Assembly: GCF_009914755.1 (NCBI RefSeq)
Contig: NC_060936.1
Source: the human T2T-CHM13v2.0 reference genome, Homo sapiens
Strand: one strand, 5' to 3'
Length of the DNA: 64,000 bases
Below are positions 43,431-55,974 of this stretch, piece after piece. Numbering within the stretch: the first letter of the stretch is position 1; each line of letters begins with the position of its first letter. The notes beneath the pieces are model-generated. The model worked only from the letters and a program-made list of their open reading frames with translations. It had not been told where the DNA came from and did not search any database. The translations under genes and the position numbers were made by a program.

Positions 43431-44015
43431 AGTATACATTTTAAGCTAATGAAAATTTTTCTATTGTGATGGAAAGCAGATAAATAGTGGCCTGGGGATG
43501 GGAGGTGGACAATAGTGGACAATAGCAGGAGGGAGGGATTACAAAGCAGCAATGATAAACTTTTTAGGGTTTATCATTAACGAGATAATGGATGTGCTCA
43601 TTATCTTGGTTGTGATTATGGCTTCATGGATATATGCATATGGATACATATATACGTATCTCAAATTGTATACTTTATTGTATGTATGTCAATTACACTT
43701 TGGTAATTCTGTTAAATACAATAGAACCAATCCTGCCAAAGAAGCATTATATCTACAACTAGTAGTAAAACTAGTTATCAGAAAGCCACAGTCCATGTAA
43801 CTGTTTCCAGAAATGCACTATTCTTAGTTCTAATGGCCTTGAACAAATTATCTAACCGGCAGAGGCTAATTCATATTTACAGTCGTAGCTGAAAACCACC
43901 ATAAGGTATGTGATTTTTAACTTTCCACTTGCAGTATACAATAAAATACATACACAAGGGTTTGAAGTGCATATTGAAGAAGCCAATCTAATATGTGATA
44001 TAGCATCCAGCAGGG

Positions 44016-45525
44016 TTATTTGAATATCTTTGTTTCTCTTTTTTTGGTCTCAGCCTTATAATAGGAAACTTTAAGTTGCCTTACAGATACTTCATTTTTC
44101 TTTTTTTTTTCCTGTTTTATTTTGGATAGATGGCATTTTTGTGTTTTCAGATTAGCTATTTTTTCTTCTGCAGTATCTAATCTACATTTAATCCCAACCC
44201 TCAGTATACTTTTTCTCACCTCAGACATGTACTGTTCATCTGTAGAAGTTTGATCTGGGTCTTTTATGAAATCTTTCATGTTCAATATGAAACATAGTTT
44301 TTTTTTTTAACATAAGGTATAAGATGAAAACTGCTTAAATGTCCTTGTCTACTAATCCTATCATCTATGACATTTGGGGCCTGTTTTAATTGATTAATTA
44401 TTGCCATTATTATGAGACATATCTTCCTGTTTCTTTGTATACCTGGTGAATGCGTTAACTTGTGTGCTGAATATATTTTTATTTTTATACATAATTGTGC
44501 TTTATTCTATGATATGGTTTGGTCCTGTGTCCCCACCCAAATCTCATCTCAAATTGTAATCCCCACGTATCAAGGGAGGGACCTGGTGGGAGGTAATTGG
44601 ATCATTAGGTGGCTTCCCCCATATTGTTCTCATGATAGTAAGGGAGATCTCATGAAATCTGATGGTTTTAAAAGTGGCAGTTTTCCCTGTGCGCTGTCTC
44701 TCCTGCCGCCTTGTGAAGAAGGTGTTTGCTTTTCCTATACCTCCCACCATAAATGTAAGTTTCCTGAGGCCTCCCCAGCCATGTGGAACTGTGAGTCAAT
44801 TAAACCACTTTTATTTATAAATTACCTAGTCTCAGGTAGTATTTTTATAGCAGTGTGAAAACTGACTAATATAATACATTCTGGAAAGTTGTTTAATTAA
44901 TTATGAACAATTTCATCCTTTTGGCCCCAAATATTAACCTTTCTTAAGTGGAACCAGGCAGAATTTAGTCTATGTTTAATTATTTCTTCATCACTCTCAC
45001 TGCTACTGAAGCAAAATCTTTCTCAGAATTCTATCCAATACTCTACACAATATAAGGTCTTCCGTTCTGACTGGTGGTAAAATGAAATTTTTCTAGCACT
45101 GCATAAACTTTAGGGATTATTCATTCTGTCCTGTTGGTTCTTTCTCATCCTGTAGTAGCCTCTTCATATGCATGCACTGATCAATGTTTGGTTGGAGACT
45201 GGCGGAGATCCACTGAAGATCTTCAGTGTACCCTGTAAACTCTAATCACCTTGACCTGCCAGACTCCTTGTTCCATCTCCTTGATTCAGGATGATAGTTA
45301 AACTCTGCCTGGGTTTCCTGTCTTTGGGCAGAAGTATGGAAATTCTCTCAAGACAGTGAGCTGGGGAAATTGAAGCGCTCACATTATCTGTTTTCTATCT
45401 CTCAGGATTAACTACCCTCTGTAGCTTGATCTCTTAAAGATTGTTTTTATATATATTTGGTTCAGTTTTTAAGTTGTTTCAAGCAGGAACTTGGTCTAGT
45501 TATACTGTCTTGGCTAGAAGTAAAG
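44016..45525 (-). mobile_element. Old L1M 5'UTR/ORF1 fragment interrupted by a THE1 LTR
   Basis: ORF 44016-44285 contains L1 ORF1p-like IKCRLDTAEEKIANLK. The T-rich + strand is consistent with an antisense L1. Confidence 0.65.
44510..44878 (+). mobile_element. THE1D-type MaLR solo LTR
   Basis: tgatatggtttgg...ccccacccaaatctcatct...gtaagtttcctgaggcctccccagccatgtggaactgtgagtcaattaaacc...taataca. 5-bp TSD ttcta / ttctg. Confidence 0.92.
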
Positions 45526-45639
45526 ATGTCAAAGGCATTTTTTCATCTTATATACAATTTAAATAATTTATTCAACAAGGTATGTATAGTCAAGAGGGAC
45601 AGAGCAAGAGAAAATTAATCTGAACATATGGACTTACTC

Positions 45640-46090
45640 TACTGTTATCAATTAGAGGCTGTGGCCAAAGGCAAGTCATTTCACCTTTCTAAGCTTCAGC
45701 ATTCTCCTCTGTGGAATTTAGGTGTTAATACCTGCCTTCTCTGCTTGTGTTGTTATTGTGAGGCTTTAGCATGGCTGAAATATTTCAAAGAACATATTGT
45801 AAATAGTTCTCCAATGAGAAGCATTTCTATAGCCAATCCAATAAATATTAAAATGCATATTGAAAAGGAAATGAGCTTTGGCTTCAGGGTTACAGGCTCA
45901 GAAACTCTTTCTGCTATTTATTAAGTATACGGTGAGTTGATGAAGCTCTCTGAATCTCAATTTACTCTTCTTTAAAATGAAAGTAACTGTACTTACATTG
46001 AAGGCTTGTTTTAGAAAATGCGAAAGAAAAATATATATAAGATGTCTAGGAAAGTAAACATAGTAGAATATCAATGTGTGTTAACTCTTA
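45640..46090 (+). mobile_element. Two MIR SINE relics
   Basis: gctgtggccaaaggcaagtcatttcacctttctaagcttcag, and ctctctgaatctcaatttactcttctttaaaatg. Confidence 0.55.
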
Positions 46091-48057
46091 GATTACGTAA
46101 TGAGAAATAAAAGACAAAGAAGCAGGCTGTGGAAAGACAGCTCTTCACACACCTGTTACATATTTGTATTGTCTGGACTGTTTTCAGAAAAGTGGGTATC
46201 AGAGCCACCACCAATCTACAAAGCAATTTTGTATGAGTTATAAACGGAAGCCTCCTGTATGTGAACAAATGAGAAAAAGATGCCCCTTGCTTCAGGTGAT
46301 ACAGCCTTGTAGTAGTGAACATGGATTAATGAGCAAAGAGTAAGCTGGATTTTAGCCTGCCACTCCCAGGGACAGGCTTCTCTTTACAGCGCACAAACTA
46401 TGCAGCCTCATATGGAGGTGCTGGTAGCAACAGTACCCAGTGCATATTCTCAGTACACTCTCAGCTGCATGGCTTCTTGCTCAGAACCTGGGGAATCTGA
46501 CAAAAAGGAATAATCTAAGAATAAGCTGGAGTTGATAACGTGGTCCTGAAATATTTAGAAATGTACTTGCTTTGAATCACAAGAAGTTACATTAGAGAGT
46601 GTAGTATTTGGGAGAAATTGGCAATAGAAAATATTACTATGTGATCTATCCTACTATGAGTCAAATAATGCAGGAATTCTTGTAAATACTGAGAATATAA
46701 AATAGGCATCTTGTTTTTCTAAAAATACATACAGAAATGTACCAAAATCTCTTTAGATTGCATTTTCCTTTTTACTCGAAGAGATTTTTTTAAGGATTGT
46801 GTGATTCATTTGAACTAAATTTTTTACTTTCAAGTTGTACCAAAATATAATGCTAAATATTGTATTTGGATTAAAAAGTGAAGTAATTAGAACTCATGCC
46901 ATTGAAGCCTATCTGTGAAAGACCTGTTTATTTGAAAGTAATAAGTGAGAAGAAAGCAGTGGCATTCCACCAAGACAGGTTTCTGAAGGCTGCCAGTATT
47001 CCAATCAAGAAAAATATTATTTATGAAAAAGTAATAATAGCCACCAAACTCATAAATCTTTCAGTAAGGTAAGGCTGTAACACTATGAATGAATGTTTTA
47101 TAACAACTTCAAAAAATATTCAGAAATATTTACATTATATTTGTACCTTCCTTTATTCATTTACTCATATATCTATACACTTACTGAAAATTAACCAAGC
47201 CATCCTTCAACTTTCTGAATCATTTCTTTACTCACCTTTATAGCAAAAATACTCAAAAGTGTTGTATATGTTGACAATAGGCAAAATAGGCAAATCCCCT
47301 TTTTGTTTTTCCTCAGCCCACATCATTTGATATTCTCAATCACTCATTGGAATGAGTTTTGCTAATTTTAAAGACAACCTAGATCCTTCTAGTTTCAATA
47401 GTTTCTTTTCCACATTTTATCCAAATTCTCAACAGCATTTAAAGCAGTTTACCACCTTGTTGAAAACTTAAGGAAAAGAAGCACTCTTCTAGGTTTATTG
47501 TTCATTATTTTGAAACAAGACTTTCCACTCTTCTGATTTCCTTTATTGGTTTCTTATGGCAAAGAACCCCCAGAATTTCCACTCTTCCTTTCAAAACATA
47601 GTTTTTGCTTATTAATTACTTGCCTGCCACTGGAGATGGAGACTACACTTCCTACTTCACCTCCAGGTACGGCTATGCCATTAGTTCTCACCCATGGAAT
47701 GTGAGAGAAGCTGATTTGCCTTTCTTTCAGATAATACGTATGTATGCTATGATCCATGCTCTCCTTTTTATTCTGATGACACAACTCCAGGGAAGCTGAA
47801 TCTATAAGCCAGAAGGAACCTTAGTCTTTGAATCATTAAATGAAGGAAAGCCTTTTATACATAAATATAAGTCTTTTATATATAATCAGGAACTCTGGTC
47901 TTAAACTATTATGTGAAAGACTTTTGAACTCTTATTATGTGGTTGTCTTATATATTTTGGCATCTATTTTTCTAACAGCTGTTACTACTCTAAGAAAAAT
48001 AGTGCTATAATAATATAAGCTTATTTGAGATGCATAGCACAAATGGAAAGATTGGTC

Positions 48058-48112
48058 TTACACGGGACAAGGACACTTCTATTACACAGGACAAGGACAC
48101 TTCTATTACACA
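48058..48112. repeat. 24-bp tandem duplication (one mismatch) plus partial third unit
   Basis: ttacacRggacaaggacacttcta x2 followed by ttacaca. Confidence 0.95.
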
Positions 48113-50554
48113 AGAAGAAAGGATTATAATACATAAAAATGTGGAATAAGATTGTTGGCTTTGATTATCTGAGGTATAGATGAATCTCAGCTGACTGTCC
48201 ATTTTTGCTAGGAACTACGAAGCAAAGCAACCAGAGAGTGGGAGGCCAGGAGAGTCAAGACATATTCATATAAGTAAACAATGTGACGCAGTCATCTCGG
48301 AGAATGAGAAAGCACGGGATATGTCTGGCAGTATTTAAACATAATTTGAAATTCATAGATTGTACTAAATTTCTTTAAAACTATTCAGTTATCCAGTTGG
48401 GTTTGTCCAGAGAAAGAGTTTAATCTGGTGAATCGGACTAAGGGACAGAGGAGCAAAGGACTATTGAAGATTATTTGCACAGAAAGAACTACAGCATCTA
48501 AACCAAGTTGTAAAGGTTGTGAGAGCATGAAAAGGGCTCTGAATAGCTACAGAGACATAGGGTCAGAGGAACCTGAGTGTTTTTTTTTTTTTTATGGGGG
48601 CCAAAAGAATGGTAGGATTAAAGTATTTAGATAAGTAGATGGAATGATAGAAGGTAGTGGTCAAAACCTGAGAGAAAAATGAATACTGTAATCTAGTAAC
48701 ATGTATTTAGAAATTTTAGTTGGAAATTTTTAGTGAAAGAAGAAAAATAATTTCTCAGCTATTATCAAGAAAGCATAACAATATTCTGTCCATTTATGAC
48801 TCCCTTCGTCAGCTGGTCTTTGCCTTGCCTCCAAAGAGCCTTCTCCAAACAGCACAATAGACCTGCACAACACAGTATTGTGTAATTCTTCATAAAAAAT
48901 TAGCATTAAAGTTTGGAATCTTTACTTGGTTTTCTCACTTTCTAGTTGAGTGAACATTGCTGAAATTTTCCAGGTTACAATTTCCTCAGCTTTACTGTTG
49001 AAATAATGGCAAATATTTCAAAGGATAAGTATACAGATGAAGATATGTTTTAAGAGTACTCAGAAGTGGCTAAAATATATGATCTCAAAAATAAAGTGTT
49101 AGAGAATGTGTCATAAAATTATCTATTATTATTTTATTAATTATTATACCATGGTTTCAAGAAACAGAATTAAAGAGCAAGGATTAAAGGTTACAAGAAG
49201 GTAAATATCAATTCAGTCTATGGAAGTATTCTTAAACAACTGGAACTATCCTCACTGAAAAATTAGACCAATGTTACCTTTCTCCAGGCTATGGACTCAT
49301 CAGGAAAGAAAAAGAAAAGAAGTGGAATTTTATCTTACCTTCTCAAGGGGACAACAAGAACTCAGTTTCCTAGATAACTCAGTTTCCTTTTTCTCAAGCT
49401 ATTGTTTTTTTCCTTTTAATTCTGAAATTGATGAGAAGTTAAGGTGCTAAATTTTATCTTTGAGGTGGTAAATTTCTGATGGAGGTGGCCATGTGAATGC
49501 CAGACGATTAAATAATTAGACGTGCCATAGCCGCCTAAATTTAGCCCAGGAGTTGATCTTAAAAGCGGCATGTGGGGATTCAGACTATGAGCATTTTGGT
49601 GATAAAAAAATGTACTATCAAGGATTACTCCTTGAGTTTCTTAGACTGTGTTAGCCATAGCATTCTTGTGTCATGTCAAGAGAAGAAAAAAAAATACTGA
49701 AATTGGATGTCTCAATAGCTATGATATGTAGGAGATAGGCTACATTAAACATTCATTATAACATTAATAATATATTATCTGATTCATGATATAAAACAAT
49801 GAATATTCTTTCAAGCTAATTAAGTTTTCATCACTGAGAGTGGAATACTATCTTGTTTTCTAGAGGCTTGGCAGCATTTGTCTGGCATGCCAAAGAGAGA
49901 GGGAGGAGATATCTGTCTTGTAATCACGCATAGGGTAAAAATTCTCCAAATTCCTTTCTAAAATGAAGCTTCTTAAACATAGATTCTAAGATCATAAACC
50001 TTTCTACATTATGAACTCATCTTTAAAATATCAGATTCACAGTAGTACAAAACAGACCAAGAATTAAATACAGCCCAACTACTAGGATGGGAATGCCGTA
50101 TTACTACGTTTGCCATTACAGTCTATGAGACCAAAAATAATTTTGGTAACCAAAAGGAGAATTATTTATATGTATCCAGGCAGGATAATCTATCAGTTTT
50201 CTGAGAGAGTTTATCAATAATAGGTAGAGTTTAAGTGTCCATGCTATCTCATTAATAAAGAAAATAATGCCCCTTAATCAGAATTACAGAGCATGAGATA
50301 AATAACCACTTCATCCTCCAACCACCAAGAACCAGAAGCAATACTAACGTTAGGATTCCCGAGCATAAACTTCATCCACAGAGGTGAATTATTGTTTAGT
50401 TTTAATTTAAATACAGTGTCTCCGTGTGTTGCTTCTAGATGGTGATAAGCTAGACAATTAATTCTATGTGTGCCATATCTACACAAGAGGTCTTTGTGTA
50501 TGTACCAACATCTTTGTGTATTACCAACACTGTAGAGGGGAGAGAAAATATTGA

Positions 50555-50915
50555 AACACATTTATTAAGTACCTGTAGTTTACTAGGTACCATATTAAGT
50601 TCTGAGAATATAGTTAATAATTATGTTAACTATAATTATTCAGGAATTCCACAAGCCAACAGGGATATGAATAAAATTTATCATTGAAATCTTACATCAC
50701 AATAATGACTGCAGGCCTTTGTGTTTCTAAAATAGGGAGAATTAAATATCATACAATAGAGCAGATAAGTGAGTTGGGTAAGCACTCATAGCAAAAGGTA
50801 GTACTTGACATGAATCTTTAAATAAGGCACAGCAGGTAGAGACACAAATGTAGAAAGGACATTCTAGAGAGGGAAAACCATGAGCAAAGGCATGACCATG
50901 AGACTTGGCAGTGAA
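50555..50915 (-). mobile_element. L2 LINE 3' fragment
   Basis: acatttattaagtacct...ctaggtaccatattaagttctgagaatatag; gacattctagagagggaaaaccatgagcaaaggc. Confidence 0.6.
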
Positions 50916-51779
50916 ATGATACTAAGAAATTATTTCCTCTTTTGTTCTAACAGCTGTATATAAAGGAGATGATCGTATATGTAGCCTCATCTGCCTAACT
51001 AGAATCTGGCCCAGTGACTAGATTAAAATTATGCTGTTACAATATGACAGATTGATCATTACCTACACTACTAGGAGGTATTCCTTGCTAGGGAACTATT
51101 CCTAATAACTCAGCAGGATACACTTCTCATGCCTGAATGGTATACCTGTCTGAAAAACCATCTTTATGTAACCTGACAAAACATTTCCCTCATGTGAGTG
51201 TATTCTGGATTGAAAATGACAGCTTGCTTTCTACAATCCCCTCTTTGCCATGTTTCCACAATTCACAGAAGATTCATTTATTCATTATTTCATTTTGTTT
51301 TATATGCTATTGTTTTTCATACCTACATTCATTGGCTTTTATTCTAGTTCTATTCCACATCAACTCCTTCTGGGACATCAAGTGATAAAATGTTGATGCT
51401 AATGGATTTGGGAGGAAAAAAATCCTTCAGTTTGTATTTGTAGTACTGAAGAAGATGGACTCACTTTTATTCTCCTTATTACTTTCCAGAAGATGACAAA
51501 GACATGCATATCAGCTGAGTCTTCCCAATTGTAAATCAATTCTCCAAAGAATGAACATTTTTGTTAAACCACCTAGATGCCTTCCTAGATTTGAAACAAC
51601 CAGCTTGGTGGAATATGTTGGTTGTAATAATAAAAACAGAAAGGTCAAATAAAAAAGAAACACATATTCGAGTATGTTCTCAGCAAAATTAAGTACAAAT
51701 TTCTATGTGTTTCATAGCTTCTATTTCATGACCACACCTTCTATGCATTCCTCTATTTCCTCTTTCACTACAGCAAGTT

Positions 51780-52458
51780 TTTCCTCTTTTCAATGCATCC
51801 TGTAATTCCCTACAGATCGATCTTTCTAAAACATTGTTACTTGCAGAAGCAAAAACAAGACACTTGACTCACCTGCTTACAAGATAAACTCCAAGCTCCT
51901 TAAGCTGCCCAGTCTAACTAGCCCCACCCTTCCAGAGCTAAGCCTCTTCTGCTACATCAAATCCCTACTCAAGTCCGGTAGATCTCTTCCTTGTTTCACT
52001 TTGCCACATGTATGTCTTTGCTAAAGAGTTGTTCTCCCTGCTGTCTGCCTGCCTATCCTATTTCCCATCAAGACCATGTCAAATCTCATTCCAGCCCCTT
52101 TCCTAAATTGCAGTTATCTTACTGGCATAAACCTCTATGACAATCATAAATGATTCCAAGTTATAAGATAGCATGAGAAGCATAACAGTAACCTATCTTC
52201 TTAAGAGGCCTAAATATCATAAGTGAAAGGCAAGTTTATTTGCTTTTTACATACTTCTCTTTCTATTCAGGAAAGACACTTTATCAAAGGTTTATTACAT
52301 TTTTTGTTTGTTGATTGGTTTTGTCCCACATGGAAAGTTAAGACCAACAGTTCCATGAGGATACAGAATGTACATTTTACATTTTTTCATGTACTCTAGT
52401 AGAGTACCTGGCACATAGTACACATCAAATGTGCATCTGCTGAATCAATAAATGTTCA
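51780..52458 (+). mobile_element. L2 LINE 3' fragment
   Basis: ttacaagataaactccaagctcctta...gttccatgagg...gtacctggcacatagta...tgctgaatcaataaatg. Confidence 0.6.
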
Positions 52459-52719
52459 CTTCCATAGAATTTTATAGGGATCATTGCATAAGGATCACAC
52501 TTATTTACAAACTTCCTTTGAAAGCTAGTTGTTAGTGTATGATCTTAGAAAAATAAAGTTATGTTTTGTCAGACATACAACATAAAATATGCTATGAATT
52601 CCTACCAAAAAAAATTAAGAAAAATACAAGAGACAGAAACTCTCCTGATGGCCTAAGTATAGGCATTTGATGAGGTTTGATAGATTTGAATAAATAAATA
52701 GTGTTACCTCCCTATTTTA

Positions 52720-53560
52720 CATTCAACCAACATTTATTGATTCTTGTCACTGTGTTGGATTTAGGAAATATGAAGACTTAAAAAATTCCATTTCACCAAA
52801 AGCTCTAAATAGAAGACAATGACCAATCAATGCACAATTATTTACAATGTGATCTGAATTATGATGCAGATTTTATGTACACATGCTGTGAGAGTGTATC
52901 TCACACTGGATTACACAGAAAGTTTCTCAGAGGCAGTCATGTAGAAATTGGGTTTTAAAAGACTCATAAATACTAACCTTATTTAAATGAAACAAATGAA
53001 CAGCAGCTGTGTTAGTGAGAAGTTGAAACAAGGAAGTGTGTGCCAGAGAAAACATCCCCTGTAAAAGCATGGCAGCAGAAACATGCTCAAGTAATTACAA
53101 ATATCTTAGTATGACCAGATGTGCCTATATTGGGTTATGGAGTGAGAGTAGGAGGGTGGGTAGAAGACAGGTCATCTACACCTTTTTAGATTTTATCCTG
53201 TAATCAAGGGAGATGTCATTCAGTGTTTCTAGGCACCAAAGTGAAATAATCCAATTTATGCCTAAGACCAGTACCAACAAAGTTTTGAACAGATTGCAGA
53301 AAACAAGACGAGGAAAGCAGGAGAAAATGTTTTGAGATTTTGGCAGTAATCTTGGTGAGAAATCAAATAAACCTGAACTAAGGTAATGACAGTAAGGATT
53401 TTTTTCAAAAAAAAAAAAGTTATATATTTAGTGATAGACATAGCATTGGGCTAAGAGATAGAAAGGAATTAAAGATGATGTTTAACTTTCTGGCTTGGCA
53501 GACCTTCTGAGTTGTTGAAATATCCATTTATAAAGAAATGCAGAGAGGCAGATCTGAGGG
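52720..53560 (-). mobile_element. L2 LINE 3' fragment
   Basis: cattcaaccaacatttattga...ttttatcctg...ggtgagaaat...cctgaactaaggtaatgacagt...aaagatgatgtttaactttctggcttg. Confidence 0.6.
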
Positions 53561-54299
53561 ATTATAAATTCCTGTATTTTGAATAAACATAATTTTGTTA
53601 CAGCAATCATAAAAAATAGAAAGTGCACTTTTCCATTTGATAATTCTTATAATAGTGTATAATCCCCTGGAAGGATAGGCATTAATTAGTATTGTTTAAC
53701 ATCATTTAAGGCTGCATACAAACTAATATTTTACAGAATTTTAAAATATAAAACAAAATCTGTACTTAATTGCACCAAACCTCAACAGTTATCTTTCTCT
53801 TTTCTCTTTGTTGTTTCATTGATAGAAACCTTTATTACCACTGTTTTTTTTTTCAATAACTCAGAGAAGTCTTCTTTCAGGGGATTACTATTTATTAATT
53901 CAATACCTGCCTATTCAAGTAGGGAGATGGCAGGAGGGAGGGGAAGGAATTTAAAGGAAAAGGGATCCCTTCCTTTAGCCTATTTTATTTATTTATTCAC
54001 ATTATTGCTCTTCTTTATAGATTGTCTTATACTGACTTAAATATCTGCAGCTCCATTGCCTTTGAAGATCTTCCTTTCTTCCTATCTAGCTTAAGGTCAC
54101 CTGGAGAGAAAATGGCAATGTATACCTTGTGTATATAACTTTGCCAGTGACCATTTTTTGTGCCATGTGTGAAATACAGCATTACTATCAGTTCACCCCT
54201 CTACTTCACATTAAGTTTCTGCTTCAAATTTATTTTTAAAATTGCATTAACTTATATGAACAGTATAGTAGCTTCCTTGTAACTATTATAGAATTTTGA

Positions 54300-54580
54300 C
54301 TTTTAAAAATTAATTTTTAGTTGGCTAGTAAAAGTTATATATTTATGGTGTAAGGTATGATGTTTTGATATATGTATACATTATGGAATGGCCAAGTCAA
54401 GTTATTGAATATATGCATTAACTCACATACTTGTAATTTTTTTTATGGTGAGAACACTTATTTACTCTTTCAGTAATTTTCAAGTATGGAATATATTGTT
54501 ATTAACTGTAGTTAACATGATATAACATAGATCTCTTGACTTGACTTCTCCTAAATGAAATTTTGTGCCCTCGGACAAGA
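54300..54580 (-). mobile_element. L1MA-type 3' end
   Basis: tatatttatggtgt...atgatgttttgatatatgtatacatt...ctcacatact...ggtgagaacactta...atagatctcttga. Confidence 0.78.
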
Positions 54581-55604
54581 ATGAACTTTTATACAAAGTG
54601 TTTTAAAACAGAAAAATTACTTTATGTGCCATTATAAAAATTATATATGCTTACTTTAACTCTAGCAATAAAAAATAAAGAAATTAAAAACAATATAAAA
54701 TCCTTTCTCTCTTAGATAATCCACATTAATATTTGTTGAATGACCTTCCAGAATTTTATGTATATGGGAGGGAGAAATACTGATATATAATGTTATATTC
54801 ATGAAGTTAGAATGTACTTCAAATTGCATAATGATTTTTTATTAAACCAAGCATTTTATCTATTTTCCATGGGTATAAAATACCTTCTTGTTTGAATATT
54901 CCATAACTTTATTTTACCACTACCTGTTAGTAAATTTGAAGAAACTTCCTTTTTATGTGAATATAAAAAGTGCTTCAGTATGAATCTTTGTTACTTCTTT
55001 ATCTGCTTAATGAGAAAATAAATTTTATACATATAGACCAAAATGCAAAGCAGAAAAACATTAATCTACACTTTCACTGTCAATACATTGAACTATATTG
55101 AACTCTTTCCCTATATCCTTATGCTAATGTCTCTTTTTCTTATCTTTGCCAATCTTTTAGACAACACTCATTAGTTTGCATAAATGTTAATTGGGAGAAC
55201 AAATTCTTTGGTTACCCTCTATCAAATAACAACCCCACTCTGCAGTCATACTCTGCCTCCCTTATACTTGTTTCATATCATTGAAACAATGTTAGCATAC
55301 CTAACATGCTATATATTTATTTGTTATTTATTGTCTCTCTTTCCCTACCAGAATTTAAGCTCTACAAGAGTTTGGATATTGTTTCTTTTATTTTTCTATC
55401 TCTAGCAAATCGAGCAGGTTTTGGCATGTAGTAGATATTTAAGAAATAAAATGTGAAATAAATATAGAGTGAATCAAAATTTTTTTCTTCCTTTAAGAAA
55501 ACTTATGTGTGATTCCCCTTTTCCAAATTTTACTACATACTAAATTTTATATTCGTTTATATTTATTCATTGATTCTTTACTGTGGTCCATAAGTTAATG
55601 TGCC

Positions 55605-55632
55605 TTTTTTTTAAGTTTATTTATTTATTTAA

Positions 55633-55663
<31 letters not shown>

Positions 55664-55821
55664 AAGTATTTGAGATAAAGACTCACTCTGTCACCCAGGC
55701 TGGAGTGTAGTGGCATGATCATGGCTCACTGCAGCCTCAAACTTCTATGCTGAAGACATGCTTGCACCTCACAGCGTCCTGAGTAGCTGGGGACTACAGG
55801 CTTGTGTCACCATGCATGGCT

Positions 55822-55856
<35 letters not shown>

Positions 55857-55974
55857 TAGAGATGGGGTCTTACTTTGTTGCCCACGCTGGTCTTAAATTC
55901 CTGGGCTCAAGAAATCCAGCAGCTTCAGTCTCCCAAAGTGCTGCAATTATGAGCCTGAGCCACCATACACAGCC
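55605..55974 (-). mobile_element. AluJ SINE with (TG)n/(TTTA)n tail and expanded T linker
   Basis: J diagnostics gatcatggctcactgcagcctc and ctgggctcaag. TSD taatgtgcc at 55596-55604 and 55975-55983. Confidence 0.92.

Noticed and set aside
44412-44858. 148-aa ORF
   Set aside because: Read-through of a THE1 LTR.
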